From the NCBI GenBank assembly GCA_000934665.2, contig KZ538552.1, positions 1 to 63,696 on the forward strand: a stretch of DNA of 63,696 nucleotides, read 5' to 3'. Position 1 is the stretch's first letter; every line of letters starts with the position of its first letter. The notes below the pieces were generated by a model that was not told the origin of the DNA, ran no database searches, and was given only the letters and a program-made list of their open reading frames with translations. Made by a program: the position numbers and the translations under genes. Shown here in pieces: positions 46,801 through 60,900 of this stretch. The DNA is from Catajapyx aquilonaris (taxonomy: Eukaryota).

Positions 46801-48868
46801 GGCAATCAGTGGGTTGCAGTTTCAATCCTGGCGGTCTCCCATGCCCATTGTCTGCGAACATTGCCTCATTTGCGCAACGTTGCCGCCGCAATAAATTGCC
46901 TCGGCGGTGGCAGTGCGGAATTAGGCCGCAGTATAGGACATGTCATTCTAATCAAAAATGGGCGCATTTTGGTTGGACATTGTACTACCCCCAAGAACCT
47001 ATATGAGCCCATCCCACACTAACTGCAGCTGGTTGCATTGACAAGCTATTGACACCATCGTCCTTGATTCTAATAATATTCACTCGAATAGCAAAATGGG
47101 GCAATGGCCTTCATATAGGCAAATCAACACTGCCGGCTTGTTAATAATATTGCATGCGTCTGTCGGTTGCTAATACTCGTTACAACTCACGCTTCATAGA
47201 ATTTTTGTAGCTGAAGGTTGCTTGATTCAACACTTCAAAAAACGCTAGATGACACACCCACATTCAATTAACGAAACGAAAAGCGCGGTTGGTGGGCCAT
47301 GAAAAGACCTCCATTTTAATCCCATCAAGAGGGGATCTGGTCATCTTATCCCCACTTTCCCTCTCCTTTCAAAATTGTATCTGTTTCGGATCAAGTCCTT
47401 ACCTTATCGAAGAGGGTCCATTGCCATCAGTAGCCCCACGGTGTCCAGGGAATAGCAGGATGAGGTGGTCTTCCAACAACCTGCACACAACCGCTGAAGG
47501 AACTGTCACTTCCTATTTGTAATCACTAGACGCACTTGCAGAAATGGACTATTCCCCTTAGTACTGAACTATGCAAGGCCCTACCAGCCTCTCCCCAGTC
47601 AACTCGAAAAGGTATACAAGATTTGACTTGCTCGTGTCGCAATTCAAGACCTACTGTGTCAAAAAGAGAGACGGACCTATACCACTAGAGTAGCTGCTTA
47701 GTCAAATGACGTAAGGGGACCTCATTTTAATACCAAATATTGTGAGTCTTCGTGTATAGTTCAACATACCCTACTCATATGTAATAGTAAAATCAGGTTA
47801 ACTGGAGCAGCTTACCTAATGGCTAGAAAGGTGTCGAGTGCAGTTCCACATACATAATTATATCGATGCTTTCTTGCTAGATTTTGTATCTGAAAACATC
47901 GATACGAATGTGTCATTGCACTAGGGTTTGTCATAATTTGAAAGTCACTTGTTACTGTTTGTGGGACATTTTTAATGGTCACAATCACACCAACAGTGTA
48001 GACTCGAAGAAAATGTCTTTATGGAGCTATAATATCCTAATAAAAAAGGTCACAAAGTAACTTCAGCATCACAGCAACAACGAGATACATCGCGAACTAT
48101 GCAACACTCGCAGATATCAATATTGGACATTTCGTCCCTATATACACTCCTAAAAAGTAATTTTGGAAGATTTGGATGGGGTAGGTGGGAAGGTATACAG
48201 GAAGAACCAAGTGGTAACCAATCGATTCGTTCTGATCAGTCTCGACAAATACGTACCATGTGATTTGGCCCTAACTGTGATATGCAGGAAATAATGTTGC
48301 ATTGTATGTGATGGTTATTCAGTGTTATAAACCTTTGGCTTGTTTATCCATTCCAGGTTTTTGATGCCAAACTCCGTGAATATTAAACTGTATTCAACGA
48401 GTAGCACACGCAGTCAAAAAAAGAATCTATCTTGGGACCTGGATCTACAACTGAGCATTAAATCCTAACTGTAAAAACAATACTACAAACCCATTGGCTT
48501 CGAGGGCACAAAGAGAGAAACAAAGGGTTGTGTAGTAAGGTTGAGATTGACACGCACATACACACAAACGGTGATATGTTGGGACCAGTTGAACTGAGCA
48601 CTAGGAAGGGGGGGATGGCAACTTAGGGCTCATCTGTTACATTTTTAAAAAACAACCCACCTAACCTGACCGAACTTTCATCAATGTCCTGACTGAAGGA
48701 CACCGTAGCGCGAGTTTCAATCCGACAGGTAGAACCCAAGCACCCCGCCACCATGCCCCTGCCTGCCCCCTGCCACATACTCAGTGAAACAGGTGCCGAA
48801 CATGATCACGACTATTACGAGCCCACTCCACGTCATGCGTTCCACACAAGTTCGCACACCAACAATGT

Positions 48869-49258
48869 TCACCAACAGCAAAGCCTCTTCCAGACAGACT
48901 TTTTGGGTTTTCTGGAGTCCATAGCATATGCTGCATAACTAGGAGGCTGCTGCTGCGTCTGCTGCTTCTTGCCCTTCTTCTTCTTCTCCTTTTTGCTGCT
49001 GTCATCCTGGTGACGGGTGTGTTTCAGGGCCCAACCGGATAAAATCCGGCGAGCCTTGGATTGACGGATGGTCAGCCGGTGGAGGTCCTGATTCTTCCTC
49101 AGGGAGCACAAGATGGCCTGGTCGAATACCTCTTTCAGGTTCTTCTGGGTCAAGGCAGAGCTCTCGATGTAGCACTCTGCGTTGATTTTGTGGGACAGAC
49201 GACGGGCTTCCAGTTCGGAGACAGGCTGCTCTCGGTAGTTGGCCAACTCGATCAACAC
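48869..49258 (-). CDS. RHOU: RhoU/Wrch1-like Rho GTPase, coding exon 4
   Basis: Acceptor tgtcag ends at 49259; VLIELA...YIESSALTQKNLKEVFD (G5 box)...KKSVWKRLCCW*, similar to the RhoU WWKKYCCFV end. Confidence 0.92.
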   Translation of the reverse strand: MLIELANYREQPVSELEARRLSHKINAECYIESSALTQKNLKEVFDQAILCSLRKNQDLHRLTIRQSKARRILSGWALKHTRHQDDSSKKEKKKKGKKQQTQQQPPSYAAYAMDSRKPKKSVWKRLCCW

Positions 49259-49322
49259 CTGACAACACAAACGGCTTGTGTCAGCCCACTGCTGCAAGAA
49301 TGCCACGGCACAAGACACCTAC

Positions 49323-49511
49323 CTTCACATCGGTGCGGAGGTCACTCTGGGTGCCCACCAGTATGATGGGCGCTTCCGGGCAGTGTTTCCGGATTTCAGG
49401 AAGCCATTTGTCGCTAACGTTGGCAAATGAGGTGGGTGAAACCACGGAGAAGCACAGGAGGAACACGTCCGTATTGGGGTAGCACAGTGGCCGCAACGAG
49501 TCGAAATCATC
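49323..49511 (-). CDS. RHOU: RhoU/Wrch1-like Rho GTPase, coding exon 3
   Basis: ttgcag|[29 protein letters not shown]...[13 protein letters not shown]|gtaggt; 189 nt, phase 0; the TQSD G4 box is typical of RhoU. Confidence 0.94.
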
Positions 49512-52500
49512 CTGCAATGAAACGAAACATATACCATCAAACACTGCCAAATCCTATTTTCAGTCCGAGTGACCACCCCTGTCGGTTCGCATGGTAGGAG
49601 GGAAACCGGTAGTTTCGGAGACATCCATTGACTTTTTAGGGCCTAAGGAGCCAGGTGATGTCTTTGTGTTGACTGCAAGGGGAAATGGGTCACATGGCGG
49701 GGGGACAGGTGGGGTCTTTTCCCCTTCAGGTTATATTGGCTGTCTTTGCCAGAGGGGACGAGTACAAGACACCGTTGCTTGTCCAAGGTGAAACCAGACA
49801 ATACACCAGCTGCGTCACCCCCCAGAATATTGTGGTACCACGGAACAGCCATGCACCAGCAACGCACAGAGCTGGAAGTGATTTGTGAGGTAGGAAATTG
49901 GCGCCTACTTCAGACACCCAACACCCCGATGGTCAAATATTTGCTTTTCCCAGTCCTGTAAATCAACAGGAAAAGAGACAGGCCGTAGAGGGGAATTGAA
50001 TGACACTCCTTCCCATGCCATGCACCCACGAGATGGATGGTGTTCTTCCATGTCGAGCCGTGCGGCATCAGCATTTGCTAAAATCCCATGACCCGGAACC
50101 GGAGCCAAATGATTCGGAACTGGGCCCCCGTACAATTACTCGCCTCTGAATGGTAATGATATCGCATTACGCCGATTCTGCACGTGTCTGATTGCACTCC
50201 CCAATATACAATTTCGGCAGGGAATCCAATCGGCACTAATGCGGGTCCACAAAATCTGATAACAGCACGTATGTACCGGTTCGTGTTCGGGTGGCACAAA
50301 TGCCTCTCATTACAATCGTTGGTAAACATTACCCTTCCCTGGCCATCTACTAACTTTCTCCTCCATGTTCAGACAAACGTCCTTCCTTGCTACAAAAAGT
50401 CGTGCGCAAAAATTCGCCGCCTTAGTGACAAATGAACTCTCGTGACAACCTTCACAGTGAAAATTTTTCCTGAAAAATTCTCGTTCCCGGACACCAGTAC
50501 GGGCCGGTTTTTCATTAGTAATGACTTCTGAACTTGAATCACGACACCAGTGTCACCTCTACTTATGTTAGTTTACAACGTTGTGAACTTTTTTTAATGT
50601 TTTTTTTTGTCATCCTTGGTCGGGTTCGTTAGCCTTTGACTCCGCCATACACCCGCTCTGATTCAAATGGCCATAAATATTTTAATATCAGTGTTAATGC
50701 GATGGTAGCATCAACCCATTTCTCACTTTTTTTTTTAAAGGCCCTTAAATTTTGTGCCCGAATTTATTGCCGGTCCCAGGATGTGACGTACTAACTTGTC
50801 TCGCCGCCTAAGATCACAACGCTTAATTGGGTCCTGGCCTGCAATTTGCTTCACACACTCCATTTTGTCATTGTTGCAGACTGAACACTCCAAAAAAAAA
50901 GAAGAAGAAGAAGAGAACCTGTAATTGGATATTTTCCAAGGGTCACGCCTGTCACCATTGGAGATTGTGGTCATTTCCCCCCGTCGGCCTATATGATGAG
51001 GGAAACTTGTTTGTTCCACTTCCCTGTCACTTCCACGTGGGGAAGATAACACAGGGGGCTTTAGGTCTATACTCGAAACAAACAAGGGCAAAAGAACATC
51101 TCGCACTAGGCTATCCAGTCGAGACAACAACTCGCAAATTTACACTACAGTATAGCCTGCAAATTGACCGCTGGAGTCATGCTGTCTGGAGTGACCACTC
51201 GTAACGAGCGGAAAAAAAGCTGCTTACAAAAAAAAAGCGCAAGGGTGAATGAACCAAGGAAGCAGTCACGTCTGCAAACTCAACTTGGGCTCTGTATTCT
51301 ATATGAAATGGCAGTCAAATGTCTTCTGTTCCCCACCTTTATTATTTTAATGATTACGATGCTTATTACTGTATGCGTAGGGTTTTTTTTTAAAAAATAT
51401 ACGGGGCGTGATTATGTATTCCCCCCTGCCCCCCNCCACCTGGGATCTAACGGTACTTATTAGGGGTTAGGAGAAAGCGGTGAGGTGTCTCATATCGGAC
51501 GTTTATAATAAGACGGCGGTCTGGGAATTGATTGGCTGGACTCGAACTGGTTCCGGTAGAGTGCCTGAAAATTTATTGGCCGCATTGTATCTGCTAGGTC
51601 GTGCCAGTCATGTCCGCCACTTTTCGAAACCTTCCTTTAATTTATATATATAAAGACAAAAACCGCGACGCTTTTGTTCATATACGATAAGCGATATAAA
51701 CCGTTTTAAATTGATCGTTAGAAAACACGAGGGGGATGGGACTTCGTTACTGGCTTATTTTAGCCATCTAGCGTATCAGTTGCTAACAGATGAATAAACA
51801 TAGCCCGGCGAAACCTGCTGACTACACACACACACAAAAAAAATCTATAGGAGTGCAGCTTCCGGTAAGGAAAACAAACACGCCGCATTTATTTTGGAGA
51901 TAAGGACCCTTTTCCTGCACCTATTTTCACCGCTGACGTGACGTAAATCATCCCTGGGGTGACGTCGTACTTTGGAGGCATATTTGGTGACCCCTCCCTC
52001 TCAGAGATGTCCTCCGCATTCTAGGTGACTTCCTCCTGGTACTTATGCATGCAGTAATGACCTCATCAGCCGCTCCCAAAGCGCCTTTGCTGACGTAAGT
52101 AGTCATTCAACATCGTGCTGCTCATGCCATCAAATTATTTTCTATCCCCCCCCACCCCCCACCCCCCCNCCCCCACACCTTCAACCTGACTACACCTTTT
52201 GAGCCATACGGTACCGGGTATCCCCATAAGTCCAATTGAACGTGTCCATGTGTGAACATCCTCGCTTTGAGCCAATGCCAAAATTTGAGCCGTTACGCCA
52301 CATTAACCGATCTCGCAGACATGGCTGGTCAACAACCGGAGCTGTTTATTTCAGACTATCCAGACTCACAAACCGCCACCGGAACATACCCCCACGATAC
52401 ATCAGTCGCCAATAAAATCCACATTATATCCCAGCCATCAACGCCCAAAGTACTCGCATCTGGTCAACCTCACTTCACATATCCAGCCCTCGGAAAGGGC

Positions 52501-54161
52501 ACAAAAAATATATATATGTCAGAATGGAAAATAAACAGCGTGTCAGTTGTCGGTGCAACCAACCGAATGGGCCTGTTCCCTGATATTGGAAATCATCTTC
52601 GACACTGACGGAGCGGAAAGGGGAGGGGAAGTGTCAAGACAAACAACTTGGGGGGAGGGGGGGGGGGGTTCTTCTCCCCTTGCTCCCAATTGGTGATAAA
52701 AATCACCGTAAGTGCAGTATGGCAAGCCCATATGTCATTATAGTCGTGTATCACGTTGTAACTATTTCCAGAACGGTCTTGGTAATACGTTTATGTGCGG
52801 TTTGAATGACTCGATGGTGGAGAGGGGGGACACGCTCCACTTGTACGTGGAATTCAGCCAGTTTCTAAATAATTGATGGCCACCCAAGAGGAAGCACAAT
52901 ACTTATTTATCATTGAAAATAAAAAAAACTAGCAAGGATGTTGAATACAAATTTAGACACTAGGAAATGAGCCAAAGCAATATCCGAGTTTGTAAACATG
53001 GTCAACATCCTGTCAGCAAGTTGGAAATGAATGTTTTTTTTCCGCCTTGTCGTGGGTATGTCAGTGAAAATCCGAACCTGTCTCGTTTAGTCCCAGGCAA
53101 CCGCGGCGCTGTTGACCAATGACAACATTGATCGAAAATGTCGAGTATACTCGTTGACTCGTTGGTAGAAGGATTATGCTCGCAGTTTGCATATTGAACC
53201 GGAATCGCATTTACGACAGCTCGAATTAAAAAAAAAACCAACAGGTGAATAATTTCGTCCCGTCATCACCACTTCCACATAATTACTCGTAATGAAGACC
53301 TGTCCATGACATGTGCAAATGATGACATCAGGACACGATAATTATTACCCCCAGCTGATGATCTCACGAATGCTCATACCAATTGTAAAATTAAGGGCCT
53401 GATAGCATCAACTCAAATTGAAGCCAAAAATGCTTAATCAGAGTATTTTCTCCTTCATTTACCCAGACACAACCGGTCCTGCGCATTTATGAAACTCCTC
53501 GAAAATGGAAGTTGGCATCAGCAGCTTCCAACACTATACTCATCGAGCCAATTAACCATCTGACAACCCGGTTCGATTATAACCCATTTAAGAGTTACAA
53601 CTAAAAGTCCCGTTCCCTCTTTTATTCCACCCGTTCCTAAAGCCAATTATAGTAATCCAATAAACGCCCGTGGCCTTCCCGCTAACTAGGCTGCGTCTTA
53701 ATGGGACAACAGTACAGTACACGCCAAAGAAGACCCACACAATCTATATGAGGTCAAAAGATTAGTCCACGGTCCCTGCATGTGTGTGTATGTGTGCACT
53801 AAGCTAGCTCGTGTGTGTGTAAAGTTTCTGACGCAGCATCTTGGCTACCACACCTGGCAGCTGGCAGATGGAAGACTACAAGGCTGCCTTACCGGGTGTG
53901 TACAAAAAAAACGCGGAAAAAAAACCTCAGGCAGGTGTCCAGAAAGAGGAAGCCATAAGAAGTTGGTGAAGGAGCAGAAAAGATGCAGGATTTTTCTTGA
54001 ACCCAGCACAGGTGTGGAATATACAAGTCTCCTCAGCAGGTAAACTTCCTGGACATGCCTGCAAACCGTAACAGTATTCTCTGTCACCCAAAGTCTTTTC
54101 ACCTCGACAATATCCAACGTTTATGCCCAGTGGTTAAGGAATAAAGTGAGGGGGGGGGGGG

Positions 54162-54313
54162 NNNNNNNNNNNNNNNNNNNNNNNNNNNNNNNNNNNNNNN
54201 NNNNNNNNNNNNNNNNNNNNNNNNNNNNNNNNNNNNNNNNNNNNNNNNNNNNNNNNNNNNNNNNNNNNNNNNNNNNNNNNNNNNNNNNNNNNNNNNNNNN
54301 NNNNNNNNNNNNN
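54162..54313. other. Assembly gap (N run) between G and C homopolymers
   Basis: N run; smaller ones at 24663-24685, 39605-39612 and 57085-57098, plus many single Ns. Confidence 0.95.
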
Positions 54314-57300
54314 CAGGCAACCCCCCCCCCCCCCCTCTCACTAAACCCAGAAAAGCCCCCCATTTTTCGCATCTCAAAAGGTCATTCGAGGTCACCAACT
54401 CTGAAACATTCACCTGTCCAAAAATATTAATTTTAATATTTTTGAAAAAATTATTGTCATTTTCTGATTTTCGTGACATATACCTGCTGATTGGCAATCT
54501 GACGACACGTGGTCTTATGAAAAAGCGTGGCACCGCTTATTCTCTCCTGATTAAAGGCTATAGGGCTGTCCGTCCGGGGGCATTACCCACTGAGTCAGCA
54601 GCTGATCAGGATCTGTCACTGTCACATCCCTCCCTCCCCGACTTCTTCATTCCGTGACCTAATACCCTCCTCAGCTTCTTAAATCATCCCAAGAAAACTT
54701 CTCCGCCCCGAAATTTACTATTAATATATTCCCAGGCAGTGTACATCTGCCAAACGCAATTTGGAGACAAGTTCTTCTCCAGGCCGCCATGGTTGATTAG
54801 AGGAAATGAAGGGGGGCGGTAGGGATGGGATGTACAGGTCGTCCCTTGGGTGTACTTAGAAGGAATGCGTGCTCCGTAATATCTGGGACAATTTGTCCTG
54901 ATTGTGCCATCCATCCGGAGGGGCTATATATATAGTAGGGGGGGAGGGGATAAAAAAAAATGCATATCCCCGACACGCCAAGCCACTTCACTCACCAGAG
55001 CTATTTGGGTGAAGCTGCAATGATGTAGAACGAATGGCGGTAAATTGCATCTGAGGGACTAGTCTCATCCTGGGGGTAATCCATCCGCCGACGATGGATA
55101 CGGGAAAAGTACGGGACAACTTACCAGATTGGCTCTCCAGCTTACGTGCAACGCATGTTGCCTCCAAATGGGCCTTTAAACACTAGTAAAAAGGCAATGG
55201 ATCTAAGCATATTCAATAAGTACTTAAATGAACAAAGGGGTTTTAAATTTTTTTTACCAATAGCCATTCACAAAAATAAATATCTGCAGCATCCTTTTTT
55301 TGATTTATATTTATCATATTTCTTATTCAGCCTCATCTTCTGCGGTGGAAGCAGCAGGCACGGAAACAACGGGGAGCCTTCCCTATACCTATAAAGCAGC
55401 TGCAAAATCATTCTTCTTCTCACGTAACATAATAGACACGACTCGACAGAACAGGTTTCGCATCCTTCCAACCAAGTGTTTCTCCCAGAAAGGATTTTTA
55501 TCTTGGATGAGGTGTGTTTGAAGTTTCTTTTTCTTTTTTTAAAAAAAAAACTCCATCCCTTTTTCTTTCTTCCTTTTTTCTTTTTTTGGAAGTAGTACCC
55601 CCACCCCCTACCCCCAAACATATTGGGATATATTCTGGCTGGCAACATGCAGCATCCATTTAAATCCGTCCTAATGAAATCTCGAGGGATGTTCGCCTTT
55701 TCTCTCAACTGACCTAACCCAACCTGGGGCCATGCATTTAAATTAACACCGTGATGGGGTGGAATTGTAATGTTGAAAAAGTTTTCAGTCCTAGGCCCAT
55801 GCCGTCAACCCCCATGCACAAAGGGGCAAAAAAGTCTCCAGCCATGAGACTTACCCCCCACCCCAAAAAAATAATGAATGGCACCCACATTAGGGGGGTT
55901 CTTATTGGGACAAGGTGGCATTCAATTATATTGATTTAGAGAGGCTTAAAATGTTAGAATGGCCATAATTTCCCTTATTTCATTATTCCATCAGGTAAAG
56001 TGGTGCATTGAATTTATTTCCCCAGGAATGTGCGCAACGTGCCGAAAAAGGTAAATTACCCCTCACCTCGATGCAATTATCCACGTACCTGCCGCTTTGA
56101 AAACGCAACACGTGCAAATTAATCCCCCCCCCCCCCCCTCCACCATTCCAACGCAAAAACTTATCAGAGCTAACCCCCTTACTCAACAAGTTCCCCACGC
56201 CCCCATTTCCCAACTTCCATGAGTCCCAGCCTTTACACAAAAAAAGAAAAAAAATAATAAAAGAAAAAAAAGGAACCGGCTCAGAGCCCTTCATCACATC
56301 GCACCTGGCCTTTAATAATTGCGTTTAGAATGGGGGTTGGTGGAAATGGCCTGCACGAGATCTGCATATGAAACGTTCCTCCAATGGGGCGGGAGGGAGT
56401 TCACAATATTATCAGGAAATAGGTTGCAGAAGTTGAATATGTTGATAACTACTTATCATTCGTTACCGGTCGCGTTACGACAAGTGTCGGATAGATGAAT
56501 TGTTACAAAATTATTTTCTCCCCTTATAAATTTTTTTGCATTAAAATTGACTGCAATTTCAAACGACTCAAAATGACGTGAAATATTTGGTAATCAGCAT
56601 ATGGGACTCACAGCACCGCGTATCGTAGGTGCAAAGTCACAACGTGTAGGCCTCTATGATTTGCTACATCAAGGCCTACCTCCAGGCCAGAATTTTAAAA
56701 AAAAGTTCAGAAAAGCCGCACCGAAAAACCTGTACAAAATTCCACAGCGATAAGGAAGAAGTAAGGAAAAGAAAAGAAAGAAAAAAAATCGGTGGTCCAA
56801 CAAGGACCGCCGAACCGTCAATTAGCACGTCCATTTGAAACGTTAACCAGTCAGTTACGTTACATGTAGCACGGCTTTCGGGGCCCTTGTTCAAGATTTG
56901 GGAAAAGAGCGAAATGGACGAGGCTAATCAACACCTTTGGGCTTCGGGACTTGGCTCGATTCCTGGTGCCAAAGGTTATAATCCTGAGCTCACCTAAGCA
57001 CCGGTTGGCCGACTTCCTCTCTTTCCAACCCATGCACGCGAATCCTACCCTCCGGAGAAAAATATTTACTTCACACCCCCCCCCNNNNNNNNNNNNNNTC
57101 ACCCCCCCCCCCCCCCCCCCACACCCCCGACTCCCTCACTCAGCTCGACCTTCCAAGGACTCCGGGCCATTAGTATACGTGATGTCCACATGGCAGCAGA
57201 AATTCGTCTCACCGGTGACATAATTCGCCAAGGATTTTTCAAGGTCCTGAGAAGTGTGCCACGTACGCTAGATCTGAAAACTCATCAACTATTGTAAAAA

Positions 57301-57869
57301 TCGCCCCCCCCCCTGCCCCCTCCCGAAAAATTATTGGCCCGACCCTTGCCCCCCAGGTTTTTTCCCACGATGCCAGACCAAGCAGGTCGCGTGGTCAGGA
57401 CCAATCCCTGTTCTCACGGGACCCAAATCCATTAGCCATTCAGGATGCGATGGACCCCAACATGGGACAAAGTGACCCCTCAGACTACCATTGTCCCGGT
57501 GAGGTGGGCTGGAAACAACCATGGATAGAAAAAAATAATAATAAAACTACTGACAGATGCTTGGCATTACACAAAAAAAAGCGGTGTCACAAAGACAAAA
57601 GTCGTGGTCCACCTGACGTGGTTATCTTAATTACTTCTGCACAACGAACAAAAATCCTGGAGAAATCGAGCCAACAATCCTGTGGTGCCCCCAAGGCTCA
57701 ATGTTTCTGCGACCTTCTCTTAATGAACAATATTTCTGCCGCTTTCAGTAACTGTCATCATTAACCATTCGAGCCGCGAGAGTCCTTGTTGGGTTTCTTT
57801 TAACCCAATGAAATATTGCGCCCAAATTGTCCGTTATGTCCGGTGCGATTAGCCAAAAATTGTGCTCAC

Positions 57870-57928
57870 CTGTCCTGCAGTGTCGCACAGCTGAAACCGG
57901 ATTGGCTGGCTGTCCACATTGACCACCA
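57870..57928 (-). CDS. RHOU: RhoU/Wrch1-like Rho GTPase, coding exon 2 (59 nt; frame not shown in the ORF track)
   Basis: tttttgcag|(V)VVNVDSQPIRFQLCDTAGQ|gtgagc; supplies the G3 box; phases 1 and 0 fit the flanking exons. Confidence 0.93.
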
Positions 57929-60900
57929 CTGCAAAAATAAGAAACGAGCAAATTATTACATCGCAAAATTATGCTCCTTAAAAAAAAACAACACTAGATG
58001 GTTAATTGCATGTGAAAGTTTAGTATCACAGTTCTTGACCGCTGGTTGAAAATGACAGCTGGCTAGTTTTGAGACCGGGAGCCGGAGCTTCATCAATTTA
58101 TTCAGGAGGGCCTGCTCTTGTCGGCTTGATTGGACCTCGGAAGAGCTGCCCCACTCCAGGCTCAATTACTCCTATCAACATGCCTCCCTAATCGTACATA
58201 CCCCTTAGCCAGCCCTCCTTGCTTGTGTCGGCCTCTCTTTTTGCTACCCCAACCCCCTCCTATCCTTCCACACTATTATATCAGACGGATACCAAATGAC
58301 CCCGATTGCGGCCACGTTTGACACCAGTCACAGGACCACATTTTGGGGGGGGGGGGGATGCTGCTCACCTACCAGGTCAGTATCTTATTCAACACACAAA
58401 GAAATATATTATGAAACACTGCTTTTTTTGGCAGCTTATTCTCTATACTTAAATAGTGCTTCATTGAAAGGGTAAATACATTATCGATTCAGCTATTGAG
58501 GGCTTCCCATCGAGCCGCTCTCAAATTTCTGTTAGATGGATTGGCAATGCCAAATGTCGATAATGCAGTTAACGACTAAAAAAAAGAGAGGTCCACTGGG
58601 AAGAGCACAAAAGCGACCAGGAGTGGGCTTGAAACGTCCAGGTCAACTGATGGTCGCAATGTTACAGTGCTTCATCAAGTTTTCAGAAGAGGAACAACCC
58701 CAATAATTTTGCTCAGCATGACAAAAATGAAGTATTCAGGCCAAAAAATGAGCTTTTTTTTCAATCCATGTTTGTGGTGACATTTGATGACAATTATTTC
58801 CAATCAATTATTCAATTATTTTACTGTAAACAAGTATACTGTCTCAATCGCTGAATACACGTGCAATCCAGGCTAAGATTCTGCAACCTAATCCATACAT
58901 AATGTACTACCATCCTATAAGAAATAAACATGCATTGTCTCTAACCGTTGCGCATAATTACAGAATGCCCATGCACCATTGTTAAAACGTGCCACAGCTC
59001 AAAAAGTAGCACACCATTGTCGCATTCCAATTCTGTTCAGCCAGCCCCTGTTCAAGATATAACTTGACGGTTCCAGCTAGTGAACCAAAGAAAAAGTATG
59101 GATTTGGAACCAACAACCTTGACCACGACTTTTGGCGCTTTTAAAGAGGAACAGCTCTTGGGCCAGTTTGAACAAGTCTCAACGCATGTCCCCCCCTCTT
59201 CTTTTCCTTGCCGGCAGCAGACAGGCCAGGGCAGTGCTCATCGAACGTGCTTTTGTCCGTCTAACCTTGGAGACCTCCTTTTGTGACCTTCCTTCCCCCT
59301 CACCTGCCGGCCCCTTGTAAAAAGGATCTAGTAGGGAAGGATAAAAACCCCCCCTACGGAGACCGACACAACTGGTTCGCTTTTCAACCCCTTCTCATCC
59401 TCCAAAAGGTCAGCATGCGATGGGGGCTTGACCCTTCACAACCCCCAAAAATTTGATCCCCTTTCAGGATACCATCCTTAAAAACAGTCGCAACCAGGAC
59501 CATGTTTACGACCCTCCTAATAAATCTGCAGTGCTTGGCCAAAAACCGAGCACAAGAGGCCAGAGACAGGTGCTTCATCTCCTCTCTCTTGCTGAAATAT
59601 CGACCTGACTCCATTTTGGCCCGCCAAGAATTTGCTACCAATGTTAGAGTGAATCTGTTACAAGCCTCCCGTGGGTGTTCTTACTATACCCATGTCCAGT
59701 CTTCAGGTGGGGGCACTCCCACGGAGGATGCCACCGTCTAGAAGATCTTTGTCTACATAATCTGACCCCCTGGTGACCAGCATGCTCTTCACTCCCGCAG
59801 AGACACAAGCCCCCCCCCCCCTTTTTTTTTTTTTTTTGGAAACCCCAAACCGCCACCACCAGTTTTATCTAAACCCACAACAGCTGGGTTAGAAGAAGGG
59901 GGAGCTTAAAAAAAAAAGTTGGGGAGACCACAGATAGAAAAGATACACTTCTTTTTCTCCCCCACTCCCGTTTCTACCAACTTAAAACCTTCAGAAATTA
60001 TACAAAAAAAAAAAAAACCAGCTTGAATGGGGGATCCTAATCTGAACCAGGAGCCTGTTCACACGGTCATTTCTGTATTCCTAGTCGATCCGGAACTATT
60101 CAATGATTAAAATTGCTTGTACAAGTGGCCATGAAAAGTGGAGGTTGCGCCTAATATTACAATACCACCGTGCACAATGGGCTGTAAAACATTTTACTGG
60201 ACTATTAATTTTCATTCATGAAGACAAGCTCGCCTCCTTGTCTTTTCCCCCCTTCCTTTAAAGTTGAAAGGAACGTGCTTAGGAATACCCCCTAAGTTTG
60301 GAGCCAGACCATGCATCGCCTTACACGGTCGCAAAAATCTCAAACAGCTGCTTAGGAAATTCTTGCACTCGTGTCAAGGTGAGTTCCTCAAGGACGACCT
60401 TGCCTTTCAACATTTTCCTCTCATATTTTTTAAACCATTACAACTATTTAAAAACAGAGTCAGATCCTGCTTACCCAAAACTATTGACACAACTATAAAA
60501 ATAGGCGGGTTGATCGTCCGACGTATATATTGTTAAAAAAAGCCCAGGAAGAAGCGTCCTACTTGGGATGCAAAATAGGCTCGTAAAACCATCTGCTAGG
60601 ATGCATAACCTTCGAGTCTTTTTTTTTTCTTCACTCTCCGGGAGATTATCTGCGCCAAATATGAAGGTCAGCTACTTCCACGACTTCCTGTACCGAAACT
60701 AGGTGCAAAATATTTTTTGCACGCTTTAAAACCAGTTCTTAAATTGGAACCTGGATTTTGACCGCTAATCAACCAGGTCAAGATTTGGAGCTCATCCGTT
60801 TTTAGATAAGGATGCAAGTTGCACATCGAGGCCAACGCAGCATATAGCCCGGAAAAAACTAGAATAACATAGTTAACTACATGCACTTTGCACTTGATAG

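Noticed and set aside
53319..53360. C/D-box snoRNA-like motif pair
   Set aside because: Only ~41 nt and antisense to the host RhoU intron.
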